Positions 8,664 through 17,892 of a DNA stretch of 30,430 bases are shown here, piece by piece (position 1 is the first letter of the stretch; each line of letters opens with the position of its first letter). Position numbers and translations under genes: made by a program. Under the pieces are notes generated by a model that was given only the letters and a program-made list of their open reading frames with translations, ran no database searches and had not been told where the DNA came from. The stretch comes from an uncultured Thermodesulfobacteriota bacterium. GTDB lineage: Bacteria > Desulfobacterota > B13-G15 > RBG-16-54-18. Location: NCBI GenBank assembly GCA_964419065.1, contig CAYQOD010000001.1:1-30430 (forward strand), written 5' to 3'.

Positions 8664-9975
8664 GATCATTGTCCCTCGCTGGCCCAAGGACAGCTTCTGG
8701 GACGTCATCACCTTTAAGTTTCCCTCCCTGAACACCACTCTGCTGGCCGCCCTCACCCCGGTCGACCACCAGGTCTCCATCTACGACGAGAGCATCGTCC
8801 CCCTGGACCTTGATGAGAATTGTGACCTGGTCGCCATCACCGCCATGACCCCCCTGGCCCCTCGGGGATACGAGATCGCCGATGAGTACCGGCGCAAGGG
8901 GGTGCAGGTGATCATGGGAGGCATACATCCTACCTGGCTGCCTAATGAGGCTATCGCCCACTGCGATGCGGTAGTGATCGGTGAGGCCGATGAGATCTGG
9001 CCGGAGGTGGTGAGGGATGCGACCCGGGGGGAGCTGAAGCGGTTTTACCGGCAGCAGAGACGCACCGATCTCTCACGCCTACCCCTACCCCGTCGGGACC
9101 TCTTGAACTCCAAGGGGTACTTCTTCGAGAACACCATCCAGACCACCCGGGGGTGCCCCTTTGACTGTGAGTTCTGCTCCGTGACGGCCATCTATGGGGG
9201 GACCTATCGGACCCGCCCTCTCGAGGAGGTGGAGCGGGAGATCAGCTCCCTGCGTCGGGCAGCGGCCTACATCTTCTTCGTCGATGACAACGTCGTAGGC
9301 GACATCAGGTACGCCCGTAAGCTCTTCACCATGCTCTCCCAGTACCATCTGCGGTGGGTGAGTCAGAGTCCCATCACCATCGCCCAGAACGAGGAGCTGA
9401 TCCGTCTCATGGCTCGGGCAGGGTGCCACGGGATGTTCATCGGCTTTGAGAGCCTCAGCCCCAAGAACCTGGCCCTGATGGGGAAGAAGACCAACAAGGT
9501 GGAGCGCTACGAGGCGGGGATCAAGCGGCTCCATGACCATGGAATTGGGGTCCACGCCTCCTTTGTCTTCGGGTACGACTACGACGATCCTTCGGTCTTC
9601 GAGGGCTTCCTCTCCTTTGCTCACCGGACCAAGATCGATGGTGCCTTTTTGCCGATACTGACCCCCTTTCCCGGCACCAGGATCCACCAGCGGTTGAAAA
9701 AAGAGGGCAGGATCATCACCGAGGACTGGAGCAAGTACGATATGGCCACCGTGGTCTTCAGACCCAAGGGGATGACAGTCGAGCAGTTGCAGGAAGGGTT
9801 CTGGTGGGTCAACAGGGAGTTCTACTCCGTCCGCTCCATGTTCAGACGGATCTTTCAACCCTTCGCCCTGCGCCGAAGCCTTATCATCTTCGGACCTATG
9901 AACATCGGCCACTGGCCGGCGGTGCGCAGGGCCGAGCGGTATTTTTACCGAAAGGGGGCCCTGTCACATGCTTGA
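8653..9975 (+). CDS. B12-binding domain radical SAM protein
   Basis: Cobalamin-binding-like N-terminus (VAITAMT...VIMGGIHPT...VVIGEAD); TTRGCPFDCEFC; FVDDN; IGFES; LTPFPGT. Overlaps the upstream stop. Confidence 0.9.
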   Translation: MKIKIIVPRWPKDSFWDVITFKFPSLNTTLLAALTPVDHQVSIYDESIVPLDLDENCDLVAITAMTPLAPRGYEIADEYRRKGVQVIMGGIHPTWLPNEAIAHCDAVVIGEADEIWPEVVRDATRGELKRFYRQQRRTDLSRLPLPRRDLLNSKGYFFENTIQTTRGCPFDCEFCSVTAIYGGTYRTRPLEEVEREISSLRRAAAYIFFVDDNVVGDIRYARKLFTMLSQYHLRWVSQSPITIAQNEELIRLMARAGCHGMFIGFESLSPKNLALMGKKTNKVERYEAGIKRLHDHGIGVHASFVFGYDYDDPSVFEGFLSFAHRTKIDGAFLPILTPFPGTRIHQRLKKEGRIITEDWSKYDMATVVFRPKGMTVEQLQEGFWWVNREFYSVRSMFRRIFQPFALRRSLIIFGPMNIGHWPAVRRAERYFYRKGALSHA

Positions 9976-12475
9976 GCTCTTTCTGAAAAGGGCTGCTCGC
10001 CTCTCCGTGCGCCACCCCAAGCGGGTCCTGATCGCCTTTGTGCTGGTTCTCATCGCGGCCTTTCTGATCACCGGGAGGCTGCGCTTTGAGACCGATTGGT
10101 TGCAGCTTTTGCCCACCGACCAAGGGGCGCTCAAGGTCCTGGTGGAGGATCTGCGGGGGTTTGGCCAGTTGGAACGCCTCTATATCCTCGTGGAGGGGGA
10201 TCGGAAGGATACGATCATCGAGTCCGCCCAGGGGCTCAGGAGGTCTCTGGCCGAACTGGAGATCGGGGGTTCCAAGGCGTTTACACGGGTCTTTTCAGGA
10301 ATAGAAGCGGACCTTGCGGGATGGCAAGAGCTGCTTGACCTCTATGTCTCCCATCCCCAGCTCTACCTCAACGAGGATGAGGCGGGGGAGTTCACGGCGC
10401 GGCTCTCCGACGATAAGATCCGGGAGCAGATCCGCACGGCCAAGGGGCTGCTCATAAGCTACCTCTCCCCTGGCTGGAGGGATTTGGTCCTCACCGACCC
10501 CCTGGCGCTACGAGAACTGCTCTTGAAACGGTGGCAGGGAAAGTCCCCCTGGGCCCCCTCCCTGGCCGAGGGTTACCTCATCTCCCCGGATGGGGATACG
10601 CTGCTCATGGTGGCAGAACCGGCCTTCCCCTCTGCTGACTGGCGATCCTCCCAGGAGCTGGTGCAGAAGTTAAAGCCCATAACCAAGGCCTTTCCCCAGG
10701 TACGGATCTCCTTTGTGGGCCCCCATACCATGACCGTCGGCAAGGCGGGGGTGTTACAGAAGGATCTCCTCGTCTCCTTTGTGGGTTCGTTCATCATGGT
10801 GCTTGTCCTTTTCTATCTCGCCTACCGGCGGTGGGCAACGCTGCTCTTTGTCGGACTTCCGCTGCTGGTGGGGGTACAGCTCACCATGGGGGTCGCCGCA
10901 CTCTTTACCTCAGGGCTCAACCTCATCACGGTCTCCTTCGCTGCCATCATCGTGGGCTTGGGGATCGACTTTGCCATCCATATCTACCAACGCTACCATA
11001 ATGAACGCACAGCAGGTCGGGGGATGGAGACAGCGCTGGAGATCGCCCTGACGAAGACCGGAAAGGGGGTATGGACCGGAGGGCTTACCACCATCGCGGC
11101 CTTCCTCACCCTGGTACTGGCCCGCGTCAAGGGGATCATGGAACTGGGGGTGCTGGTCGCCGTGGGACTGGTCTTCTGCCTGCTGGCCACCTCCCTGGTG
11201 TTGCCCTCCTTTTTGGTCTGGATGGAGGGGAGGGGGTACCGGCATCGACCCCTGGGCGGGTGGGGTCTGGAGCGCCTCATCAATCTTCTGATAGCTCACT
11301 ATCGCACAATCATCATCGTCCTCATATCCCTGGCTATCGCCGGGGCATATCTGGGGGCTCGGGTGAAGATCATGGAAGGGGTGGAGGGATTTCGTCCCCG
11401 CGGACTGGAGGGCGTGCAGACCCTGGAAAGGATGCAGCAGGAGTTTGGAGGGGTAGGAAAGGGCATTACCGTGCTGCTCGAGGGAGCAGATCTGGATGGC
11501 CTCCTGCAGCAGCAGGAGGCCATCGCGGCATCCCTCCAGGATGAGTATGGGGAGAAAATCCTGTTTTTCTCTCACCTGGCCCAGTTTGCCCCCTCCACCG
11601 AGGGCCAACAACGGGTGCTGGCGGCGCTCCGTCAGGGGATGGACTACGAAAGGATCGCCCGATCCCTTACCACCGCCCTGAAGACAGAGGGCCTGAACCC
11701 GGCCCTCTTCGCACAACCCCGGCAGATGCTGCGGAGTCTGGCCCACGATCAAGTCCTCCTTGCCCCGACAGCGCTCTTGCAACAGCTCGCCAGCACACCC
11801 TTGGCCGAGATAATAGAGCGCTATGCGATGAAGACAGAGGGAGGGTACCGGTTGCGGCAGGAGATCCGATTCGATCCGACCGGGGTCGACCCCCTCCGGT
11901 TGCAGGAGGCGATCACGAGAATCGCCCCCCAGGCCCAGTGCACGGGCAACGAACTCATCGCCCTGGAATTGCGGGAGATGGTGAAACGCGATCTCACCCT
12001 CCTGGCTCCCCTGGCCCTGGTGTTGGTGCTCATTCTGCTCTTTTGGCACTTCAGAAACCCCCTCTGGGTGGTGATGGCCCTGTCTCCCCTCTTGGTTGGG
12101 GTAGCCTACATGCTGGGGATCAGCGTCCTTTTGGGAATAGAGTTTAACCCGACCAATGCGGTGGCGGTTCCTTTGATCATCGGCATGGGAATCGACGACG
12201 GCATCCATATCGTCCACCGCTACCGCGAGAGGAAGGATGTGGCGTCGGCGGTCAGGTTTACGGGCAAGGCGGTCATCATGACCTCATTAACCACCATGGC
12301 GGGTTTCGGCTCGTTAAGTACCTCGCACTTTCCGGCCCTCTCCTCCCTCGGCAAGCTTGTCATCATCGGCATGGGGAGCTGCCTGCTCACCTCCCTGGTC
12401 TTGCTCCCGTCCCTTATGGTAGCGGTTGGTGGCAAAACAGGACAAAAGAAAAAGGGATCTTTAAAGAAGGAGTAA
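9968..12475 (+). CDS. MMPL/RND-family membrane transporter (HpnN-like architecture)
   Basis: Two TM bundles each preceded by a large soluble loop; motifs GLGIDFAIH and GMGIDDGIH; TTIAAF and TTMAGF repeats. Overlaps the upstream stop. Confidence 0.9.
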   Translation: MLELFLKRAARLSVRHPKRVLIAFVLVLIAAFLITGRLRFETDWLQLLPTDQGALKVLVEDLRGFGQLERLYILVEGDRKDTIIESAQGLRRSLAELEIGGSKAFTRVFSGIEADLAGWQELLDLYVSHPQLYLNEDEAGEFTARLSDDKIREQIRTAKGLLISYLSPGWRDLVLTDPLALRELLLKRWQGKSPWAPSLAEGYLISPDGDTLLMVAEPAFPSADWRSSQELVQKLKPITKAFPQVRISFVGPHTMTVGKAGVLQKDLLVSFVGSFIMVLVLFYLAYRRWATLLFVGLPLLVGVQLTMGVAALFTSGLNLITVSFAAIIVGLGIDFAIHIYQRYHNERTAGRGMETALEIALTKTGKGVWTGGLTTIAAFLTLVLARVKGIMELGVLVAVGLVFCLLATSLVLPSFLVWMEGRGYRHRPLGGWGLERLINLLIAHYRTIIIVLISLAIAGAYLGARVKIMEGVEGFRPRGLEGVQTLERMQQEFGGVGKGITVLLEGADLDGLLQQQEAIAASLQDEYGEKILFFSHLAQFAPSTEGQQRVLAALRQGMDYERIARSLTTALKTEGLNPALFAQPRQMLRSLAHDQVLLAPTALLQQLASTPLAEIIERYAMKTEGGYRLRQEIRFDPTGVDPLRLQEAITRIAPQAQCTGNELIALELREMVKRDLTLLAPLALVLVLILLFWHFRNPLWVVMALSPLLVGVAYMLGISVLLGIEFNPTNAVAVPLIIGMGIDDGIHIVHRYRERKDVASAVRFTGKAVIMTSLTTMAGFGSLSTSHFPALSSLGKLVIIGMGSCLLTSLVLLPSLMVAVGGKTGQKKKGSLKKE

Positions 12476-12677
12476 TGGGGCGGCTGCGTTTGAAGTGGCC
12501 TATGACTATTCTTAAGTGAGTCCAAAATTCTATTTGCACTCCATGCTATCACGATATATAGTTTGAAGGTGGAAAATTAAGGAGCGATTTCCCACATTTC
12601 AGGGGATAACATACCAATGATTTTATATGCTAATAGCAATATCAAGCAAAATTTTTCCATCTATTAACAAGATAAAA

Positions 12678-13427
12678 ATGAGAAACCCCATAAGGAGATA
12701 ATACATTAAAAGCATTTGGATAATTGGATTAGGTACCCTTATAATCTATTCTCTCCTGGGGAGTTTTTCGTACGCTCAAGAAAAGCATTTTCCTCTAAAG
12801 CTCCTTATAACATCAAATAAATCTGTATATCACAAAGGAGAACCTATAGACCTTAAAATTTCATTACAAAACGTGAGCAATCACCAAATAACGTTGTTCC
12901 ATCCCCCTTCTCTTAACATGGCATGGTATGAGTGGGAGCTGAAATGTTCTGTGTCAAAGCCGGATGGGAATCATATGACCCTTGAGCCAGAAATCATGTT
13001 TGCAATGATTCCCAGGGTAAGAAAAGAAGACTTTCACATATTGCATCCAGGTGAGACAATACATATCCCAGTACGATTAGAAATTGAAGGTGACCCATTA
13101 AAAACCCACACGAAAAGTGGTTGGGTGGCTCTCATGGAAATTACAAAGTTCGAAAGTACTCTACCACCTGAAGCATTAAAGAGGAAATATCATATACAAG
13201 GGGAGATGAGTTATATTACTGGAGGGAAAGAATACTTAGCCATAAGAGATATTCTTCGAGATGTGTTCAATCTGAACGGGGAGTATCAAATAGAAGTTCA
13301 CTATAGCAATTTTCACAATACATTTTTAGCACCAAACGAAGGAACCAGTTATTTAGTTCCTGTTAGTGTTCATAACGCTTGGACAGGAAAGCTCTCTGAA
13401 AAAACTGCAATAACTATCCAGAAGTAA
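12678..13427 (+). pseudogene. Exported hypothetical protein with an in-frame TAA at codon 8
   Basis: ATG 12678 is in frame with ORF 12873-13427: MRNPIRR*YIKSIWIIGLGTLIIYSLLGSFSYAQE..., open apart from TAA 12699-12701; signal-peptide-like N-terminus. Confidence 0.6.
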
Positions 13428-13430
13428 GGT

Positions 13431-13500
13431 ATCTAACACCGAGATGGAGTTGGACTTTGAGAGGCGCGGCAATCCGCACTGCTGAACTCAGCCGTCAGCT
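13431..13500 (+). mobile_element. Degenerate integron attC-like site
   Basis: ATCTAAC (fits RYYYAAC) 3 nt after a stop codon; GAGATGGAG/CTGAACTC L-box-like arms; degenerate R' GTCAGCT; 70 bp. Confidence 0.5.
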
Positions 13501-13547
13501 TATTGCCAGAAGACAAGGGCTGAAGCCTTTGAAGGAGGGGTGATGCA

Positions 13548-14072
13548 ATGGCTGTTCCTGTAGACCATCATAATTATGTAAAGATGATAAAAGCGAATAT
13601 GCTGTTTCGGTATATGTCAGAGGAGGAATTCTTAAAATTTCTCGCCGGAGCAGAACTCATGAAGTATACCAATGGTGAGATAATAATCTCCCAGGGTGAG
13701 GTAAGTCAGTTTTTGTACTGTTTGATTAAGGGGAGCGTTGAAGTTTCCGCATACGAAAAAGAAGACGATTTCTTTATTTACGCCCTCGAAGAAGGAGAAA
13801 TATTTGGAGAGGCCGCCCTTTTTCTGACCGAACTCAGAATTGCAAACGTGAAAAGTTCAGGGGATTCTCTTATCATCAGAATAAACAGGAGTAACTTAAT
13901 CAAATTCATCAGTGAATATTCTCAAGCGGGCAATAGGATTCTTATCATGATCATATACAGCCTTCTCAAGAAACTGCGAGCATCCACAAAGGAGATCACC
14001 GTAGCCAGGAAGCTGTATGCTGAGGTGAAAAAAATGAAAGCCCAAATGGAAAAGCTCTTACAAGAGTTATGA
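13548..14072 (+). CDS. Cyclic nucleotide-binding domain protein (Crp/Fnr-like sensor without an obvious HTH)
   Basis: IISQGE...LYCLIKGSVEV...GEIFGEAALF...RIANV; SD AGGAGG. Confidence 0.85.
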   Translation: MAVPVDHHNYVKMIKANMLFRYMSEEEFLKFLAGAELMKYTNGEIIISQGEVSQFLYCLIKGSVEVSAYEKEDDFFIYALEEGEIFGEAALFLTELRIANVKSSGDSLIIRINRSNLIKFISEYSQAGNRILIMIIYSLLKKLRASTKEITVARKLYAEVKKMKAQMEKLLQEL

Positions 14073-14115
14073 ACGGACTTTGAGAATCCCGCACCACTGA
14101 GTTCGATCGTTCGGC
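14068..14115 (+). mobile_element. Second, internally deleted attC-like site homologous to 13431-13500
   Basis: Shares GGACTTTGAGA (11/11), ATCC(C)GCAC and a CTGAxxTC box with the first site; TGAAC (containing the stop codon) pairs with GTTC of GTTCGGC. Confidence 0.45.
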
Positions 14116-14186
14116 GTATTGATCGGTTTGCCCAGACTATTCAATGAAGTAACCACTTGAGTCGATTGGGAGAAAGGAGCTAGCCT

Positions 14187-14648
14187 ATGGATTACGTACG
14201 TGATATAGACTCGCTTATCCATACCCTATACGAATCTATCTCTGGTCCAGCAGGACAAGAACGTCAGTGGGATCAGATGCGTCACATGTTTTTCCCGAGG
14301 GCTCATATGATAAGAACTTCTGTTGCAGATGATGGTACCCCTCTAGCCCTTGTAATGGATGTTGAAACGTACATTGAAACAACTTCTGATTACTTTCAAG
14401 AACATGGATTCTATGAACGGGAGGTTGCCCGTCGCACTGAGATATTTGGCAATATAGCTCACGTTTTCAGTACTTATGAGGCTCGTCATAGCCCGGATGA
14501 TCCTAGTCCGTTCAGACGAGGTATCAATAGTATCCAGTTATTTTATGCCGGACAGCAGTGGTGGATAATTAATATGATATGGGACAACGAACGTGAGGAC
14601 AACCCAATGCCGGCAAAGTATTTGTCGTCAGGATCAGACGAACGATAA
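14187..14648 (+). CDS. Hypothetical protein, NTF2/SnoaL-like fold
   Basis: YESISGPAG..R.WD, FYEREVARRTEIFGNIAHVFSTYE, RGINSIQL, WWIINMIW pattern; SD AAGGAG. Confidence 0.7.
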   Translation: MDYVRDIDSLIHTLYESISGPAGQERQWDQMRHMFFPRAHMIRTSVADDGTPLALVMDVETYIETTSDYFQEHGFYEREVARRTEIFGNIAHVFSTYEARHSPDDPSPFRRGINSIQLFYAGQQWWIINMIWDNEREDNPMPAKYLSSGSDER

Positions 14649-14761
14649 CGTAATCAGGCAGTGTAACGGACCGCTTGTACAAGACACATGAGATTACTGA
14701 CGGAGTACTTGCTGAACGAGGGCAAAGTTGGTATCCTCTGCTCAAGGTTACCACGCATTGA

Positions 14762-14900
14762 AGCTAACCGCGCTATCGAACGGATTATATCGACGACCAA
14801 ATGATTTGAAAGTACTTTGACCAAGTGAGGTGTAGTAAACAAACGGCGCGACAGTTCAAGGCGCAGTTGTTTCGTAGTTCGATGTTGCGAGGTGTTATCT
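14762..14900 (+). mobile_element. Possible third attC-like remnant
   Basis: AGCTAAC/GTTATCT outer pair and ATCGAAC/GTTCGAT inner pair, but the spacers (6 vs 10 nt) are non-canonical. Confidence 0.25.
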
Positions 14901-15674
14901 GTGAGAAAGGGACAGGTTAGAGGTATCATCTTTGATATTGATGGGGTGCTGGAATTTCAGGGGGAGGTCTATCCTGGGGCAATTAAAACCATCAATGTGT
15001 TGAGAAACAGAGGTATTGTTCTGAGATTCTTGACCAACAGTACACTGAAGAGCCGCACGTCTTGTGCTGAAAAGTTAAGGAAGGCTGGTTTCCGGGTATT
15101 CGATGAAGAAGTCATTACCGCTTCGTATGCCACTGCGGTCTATCTTGGAACGTTACAGCCTCGCTCCTGCTGGGTAATGCTGGAAAGGGAAGGGCTTGAT
15201 GAGTTCAAGGGCTTCCAGCAAGATACGGAGAATCCAGAGTACATCGTCGTAGGGGATAACAGAAGTAGGTTTGATTTCGAACATCTAAACAAAGCCTTGA
15301 GCCTGTTACTCAAAGGGGCGAAGTTGATAGGTATGCAGTCAGAGCTTATTGATACGAGCATGGGGGAGGCAGAACTGAACGTTGGCTCCTGGGTAGGAAT
15401 GTTAGAAAGAGCGGCTGGCGTGGAGACGACATACATAGGGAAACCCAATCCTTACGTATTTGATCTGACGGTGAAGATGATGGGACTGGACAAGAGTGAG
15501 GTGATTATGGTGGGGGACAGGGTGTCCACTGATGTGAAGGGGGCAAAGGAGTTTGGGATAAGGTCAGTTCTGTTGAGGACAGGCGAGTTCGATGAGAGGG
15601 AGCTCGATGGAAGCATCGAGCCGGATTTCATCTGCAATTCTGTAGGGGATGTGCTGGCAGTAGTTGAACAGTAG
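14901..15674 (+). CDS. HAD-IIA family hydrolase (NagD/LHPP-like)
   Basis: FDIDGVL, FLTN, GKPNP, MVGDRVSTDV. GTG 14901 chosen for GAGGT upstream (ORF opens at 14892). Confidence 0.9.
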   Translation: MRKGQVRGIIFDIDGVLEFQGEVYPGAIKTINVLRNRGIVLRFLTNSTLKSRTSCAEKLRKAGFRVFDEEVITASYATAVYLGTLQPRSCWVMLEREGLDEFKGFQQDTENPEYIVVGDNRSRFDFEHLNKALSLLLKGAKLIGMQSELIDTSMGEAELNVGSWVGMLERAAGVETTYIGKPNPYVFDLTVKMMGLDKSEVIMVGDRVSTDVKGAKEFGIRSVLLRTGEFDERELDGSIEPDFICNSVGDVLAVVEQ

Positions 15675-15861
15675 GAGAGGATCTCCTAATCGCTTTTGAA
15701 CGTCGATGGTGCAGCGTGTCTCGCGTCCTGTGAGAAGTTATCGCAACAAAACATGAAAGGAGGATTAAAAAGGCGTGAAGAGGAGGATATACTGGATTTT
15801 CATGGTTTGTGAGTGACGAAGCCATCATGGTCAAGTAGTCAACAAATGGAAAAAATCCGTT

Positions 15862-16599
15862 TTAATATTTAACCTCGGTGAGGAAGAGGCCGTGGGCAGG
15901 GGCGGTCATCCCTGCCCGGCGTCTGTCGCGGGCCCGAAGGATCTCCTCAAATTCCGCAGGGGAGGTCTTCCCCCGGCCCACATCCACCAGGGTCCCTACG
16001 ATGCTGCGGACCATCTCCCGCAAGAATGCATTGGCCTCCAAGACCACTATGATCAGGTCATTCTCCCTTCGTTCAATCTCCAGGCGCAGAACTTCCCTGA
16101 CCGAGTGGCGGTTCTCATCACCACTGGTCCGGAAGGAGGAGAAGTCATGAGTTCCGATCAGAACCTTCCCGCAACGCCGCATGGAGATGAGGTCGAGCTC
16201 ATGGGGGATAAACCAGGCAAAATGCCGCCGGATGGCCGAGGGATGGGAGCGGTTCAGGATACGGTATTCGTAGACCTTACTCTTTGCGCTGAAGCGGGCG
16301 TGAAAACCCTCCTCGGCCTCCTCAGCCGATCTGACGACGATATCTGGTGGCAGGAGGCTGTTTAACCCCCGCTGCAGGGAGGATAGATCTATGGTGCTCT
16401 CCGTTGTGAAGTTGGCCACCTGACCCAGGGCATGGACTCCGGCATCGGTCCTCCCCGCACCGATGAGGCTCACCTCCCCTTGGGTGATCTGGGCGATCTT
16501 CTCCCCCATCACCCCCTGAATGGTCCTGAGCCCCGGTTGGATCTGCCAGCCGTGGTAGGCGGTCCCGTCATACTCGATGGTCAGCTTGATGTTCCTCAT
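15862..16599 (-). CDS. truA: tRNA pseudouridine(38-40) synthase
   Basis: MRNIKLTIEYDGTAYHGWQIQ, GAGRTDAGVHALGQV, FHARF, APAHGLFL. Start ATG 16599 overlaps the upstream TGA. Confidence 0.95.
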   Translation of the reverse strand: MRNIKLTIEYDGTAYHGWQIQPGLRTIQGVMGEKIAQITQGEVSLIGAGRTDAGVHALGQVANFTTESTIDLSSLQRGLNSLLPPDIVVRSAEEAEEGFHARFSAKSKVYEYRILNRSHPSAIRRHFAWFIPHELDLISMRRCGKVLIGTHDFSSFRTSGDENRHSVREVLRLEIERRENDLIIVVLEANAFLREMVRSIVGTLVDVGRGKTSPAEFEEILRARDRRRAGMTAPAHGLFLTEVKY

Positions 16600-17723
16600 G
16601 GGACAAACCTCCTCAACCACCCCTCGTTGATCTGCACCGCCCCCTCCGGGCATATCTCCTGACAACAGTAACACCGGATACATTTTTTATAATCGATCCT
16701 TACCCCCATGTCGCTCAGGGATATCGCCTTGGGTGGACATATCTCGGCACAGACACCACACCCCTTGCAAGAGTCTCTCTCTACGACTGGCTTGGGGACA
16801 AAGACCTCCCTGAGTGTTTCCTTAACGAAACCGGGCAAACCCCACTCCAAATCAAATCGCCTGGGCAGGCGAAAACCCTCAGCTTTCACCTCCTCCACCC
16901 GCAGCCCCAGAACCGCTATTTTCTCCGGTTCTGTTCCCTCCAACCCCTTGCGGCGGGCGGCCTGGATGGTGGGGAGCTGCTCGGGGGCAACGCCGAGGAT
17001 CTGGCAGATGATGGTATCGAGGGCAAGGGGGTTTGCCCCGGCCAGGATCAGGCCGAGGGGTCGAGGATCTCCGCTTCCGGGGCCGTCTCCCTCCATGGCG
17101 ATGATCCCGTCCGCAATGGTCAGACCCGGTTTGACGATCTGGCAGATCTCAACCAACATACTGGCGAAATAGCGGTGATCTCTGCCCGCCTTCAGGTGCC
17201 ACTGGGCCTTGCGCATCCCTGGTATACAGCCAAAGATGTTCTTCACCCCCAGGGTGAACAACATCATCGTATGGGTCTTAACCTTGGGGAGGCTGATGAC
17301 CACATCGGCCTCCAGAACGGCCCTAGCCAGCTCAAATCTGCGAAAGGTATAATCCTCGCCGGTACGTATCTGAGCGACTTCTTCAAACTCAACGAGGGGG
17401 CAGCCCACTTCATTCGCCACTTCCTTCATCCCTGTCTGACCCGCAAGCCGGCGAAAGCTCCCCACGGAAGGGCTGTCCCCAATGAAAGGGATCCCACCCT
17501 CCTCCTGAACCAACTGGGCGGCAGCCTTCACCACAGAGGGGTGGGTCGTTACGCACTTGTCCGGGTGCTTAGCCGAAAGGAGGTTGGGCTTGAGCAGGAC
17601 CCGATCTCCCCGCCCCACGAATGCACCCATCCCGCCCAGGGGCTTTACTGCATCCCGCACCCCTGCCAACACCTGTGGGTAAGTGTAAGTAGGACACCTG
17701 GCGATGGAGACCCTCTCCACCAT
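16596..17723 (-). CDS. DUF362 domain protein with C-terminal 2x[4Fe-4S] ferredoxin domain
   Basis: VLLKPNLL, THPSVV, ISLPKVKTH, GVKNIFG, MEGDGP; CKGCGVCAEICP and CIRCYCCQEICP. Confidence 0.9.
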   Translation of the reverse strand: MVERVSIARCPTYTYPQVLAGVRDAVKPLGGMGAFVGRGDRVLLKPNLLSAKHPDKCVTTHPSVVKAAAQLVQEEGGIPFIGDSPSVGSFRRLAGQTGMKEVANEVGCPLVEFEEVAQIRTGEDYTFRRFELARAVLEADVVISLPKVKTHTMMLFTLGVKNIFGCIPGMRKAQWHLKAGRDHRYFASMLVEICQIVKPGLTIADGIIAMEGDGPGSGDPRPLGLILAGANPLALDTIICQILGVAPEQLPTIQAARRKGLEGTEPEKIAVLGLRVEEVKAEGFRLPRRFDLEWGLPGFVKETLREVFVPKPVVERDSCKGCGVCAEICPPKAISLSDMGVRIDYKKCIRCYCCQEICPEGAVQINEGWLRRFVP

Positions 17724-17892
17724 CGGTCAGACACCTCCCTTCCATATGTGGATGATTTCCGCCTTTGAGAAGGCCCACCAGACTGAGGCGCGATAACGGT
17801 CCGAGAGGTGATGGTGAGGGGTGCTGCGGCGTCCATGGTGGTGTATAGGGAAGATGGTGGCAGAAAAGAGGCCTTCACCCCCCAAGGTCTCT

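Noticed and set aside
10910-12217. Long antisense ORFs (also 9085-9912, 17821-18567, 19771-20595, 24799-25545, 5786-6409, 7225-7944)
   Set aside because: They lie opposite well-supported genes in GC-rich DNA and carry no recognisable motifs.
16596-16599. Translational coupling of DUF362-ferredoxin to truA as a functional link
   Set aside because: ATGA overlaps are common in housekeeping operons; there is no further evidence for a shared pathway.
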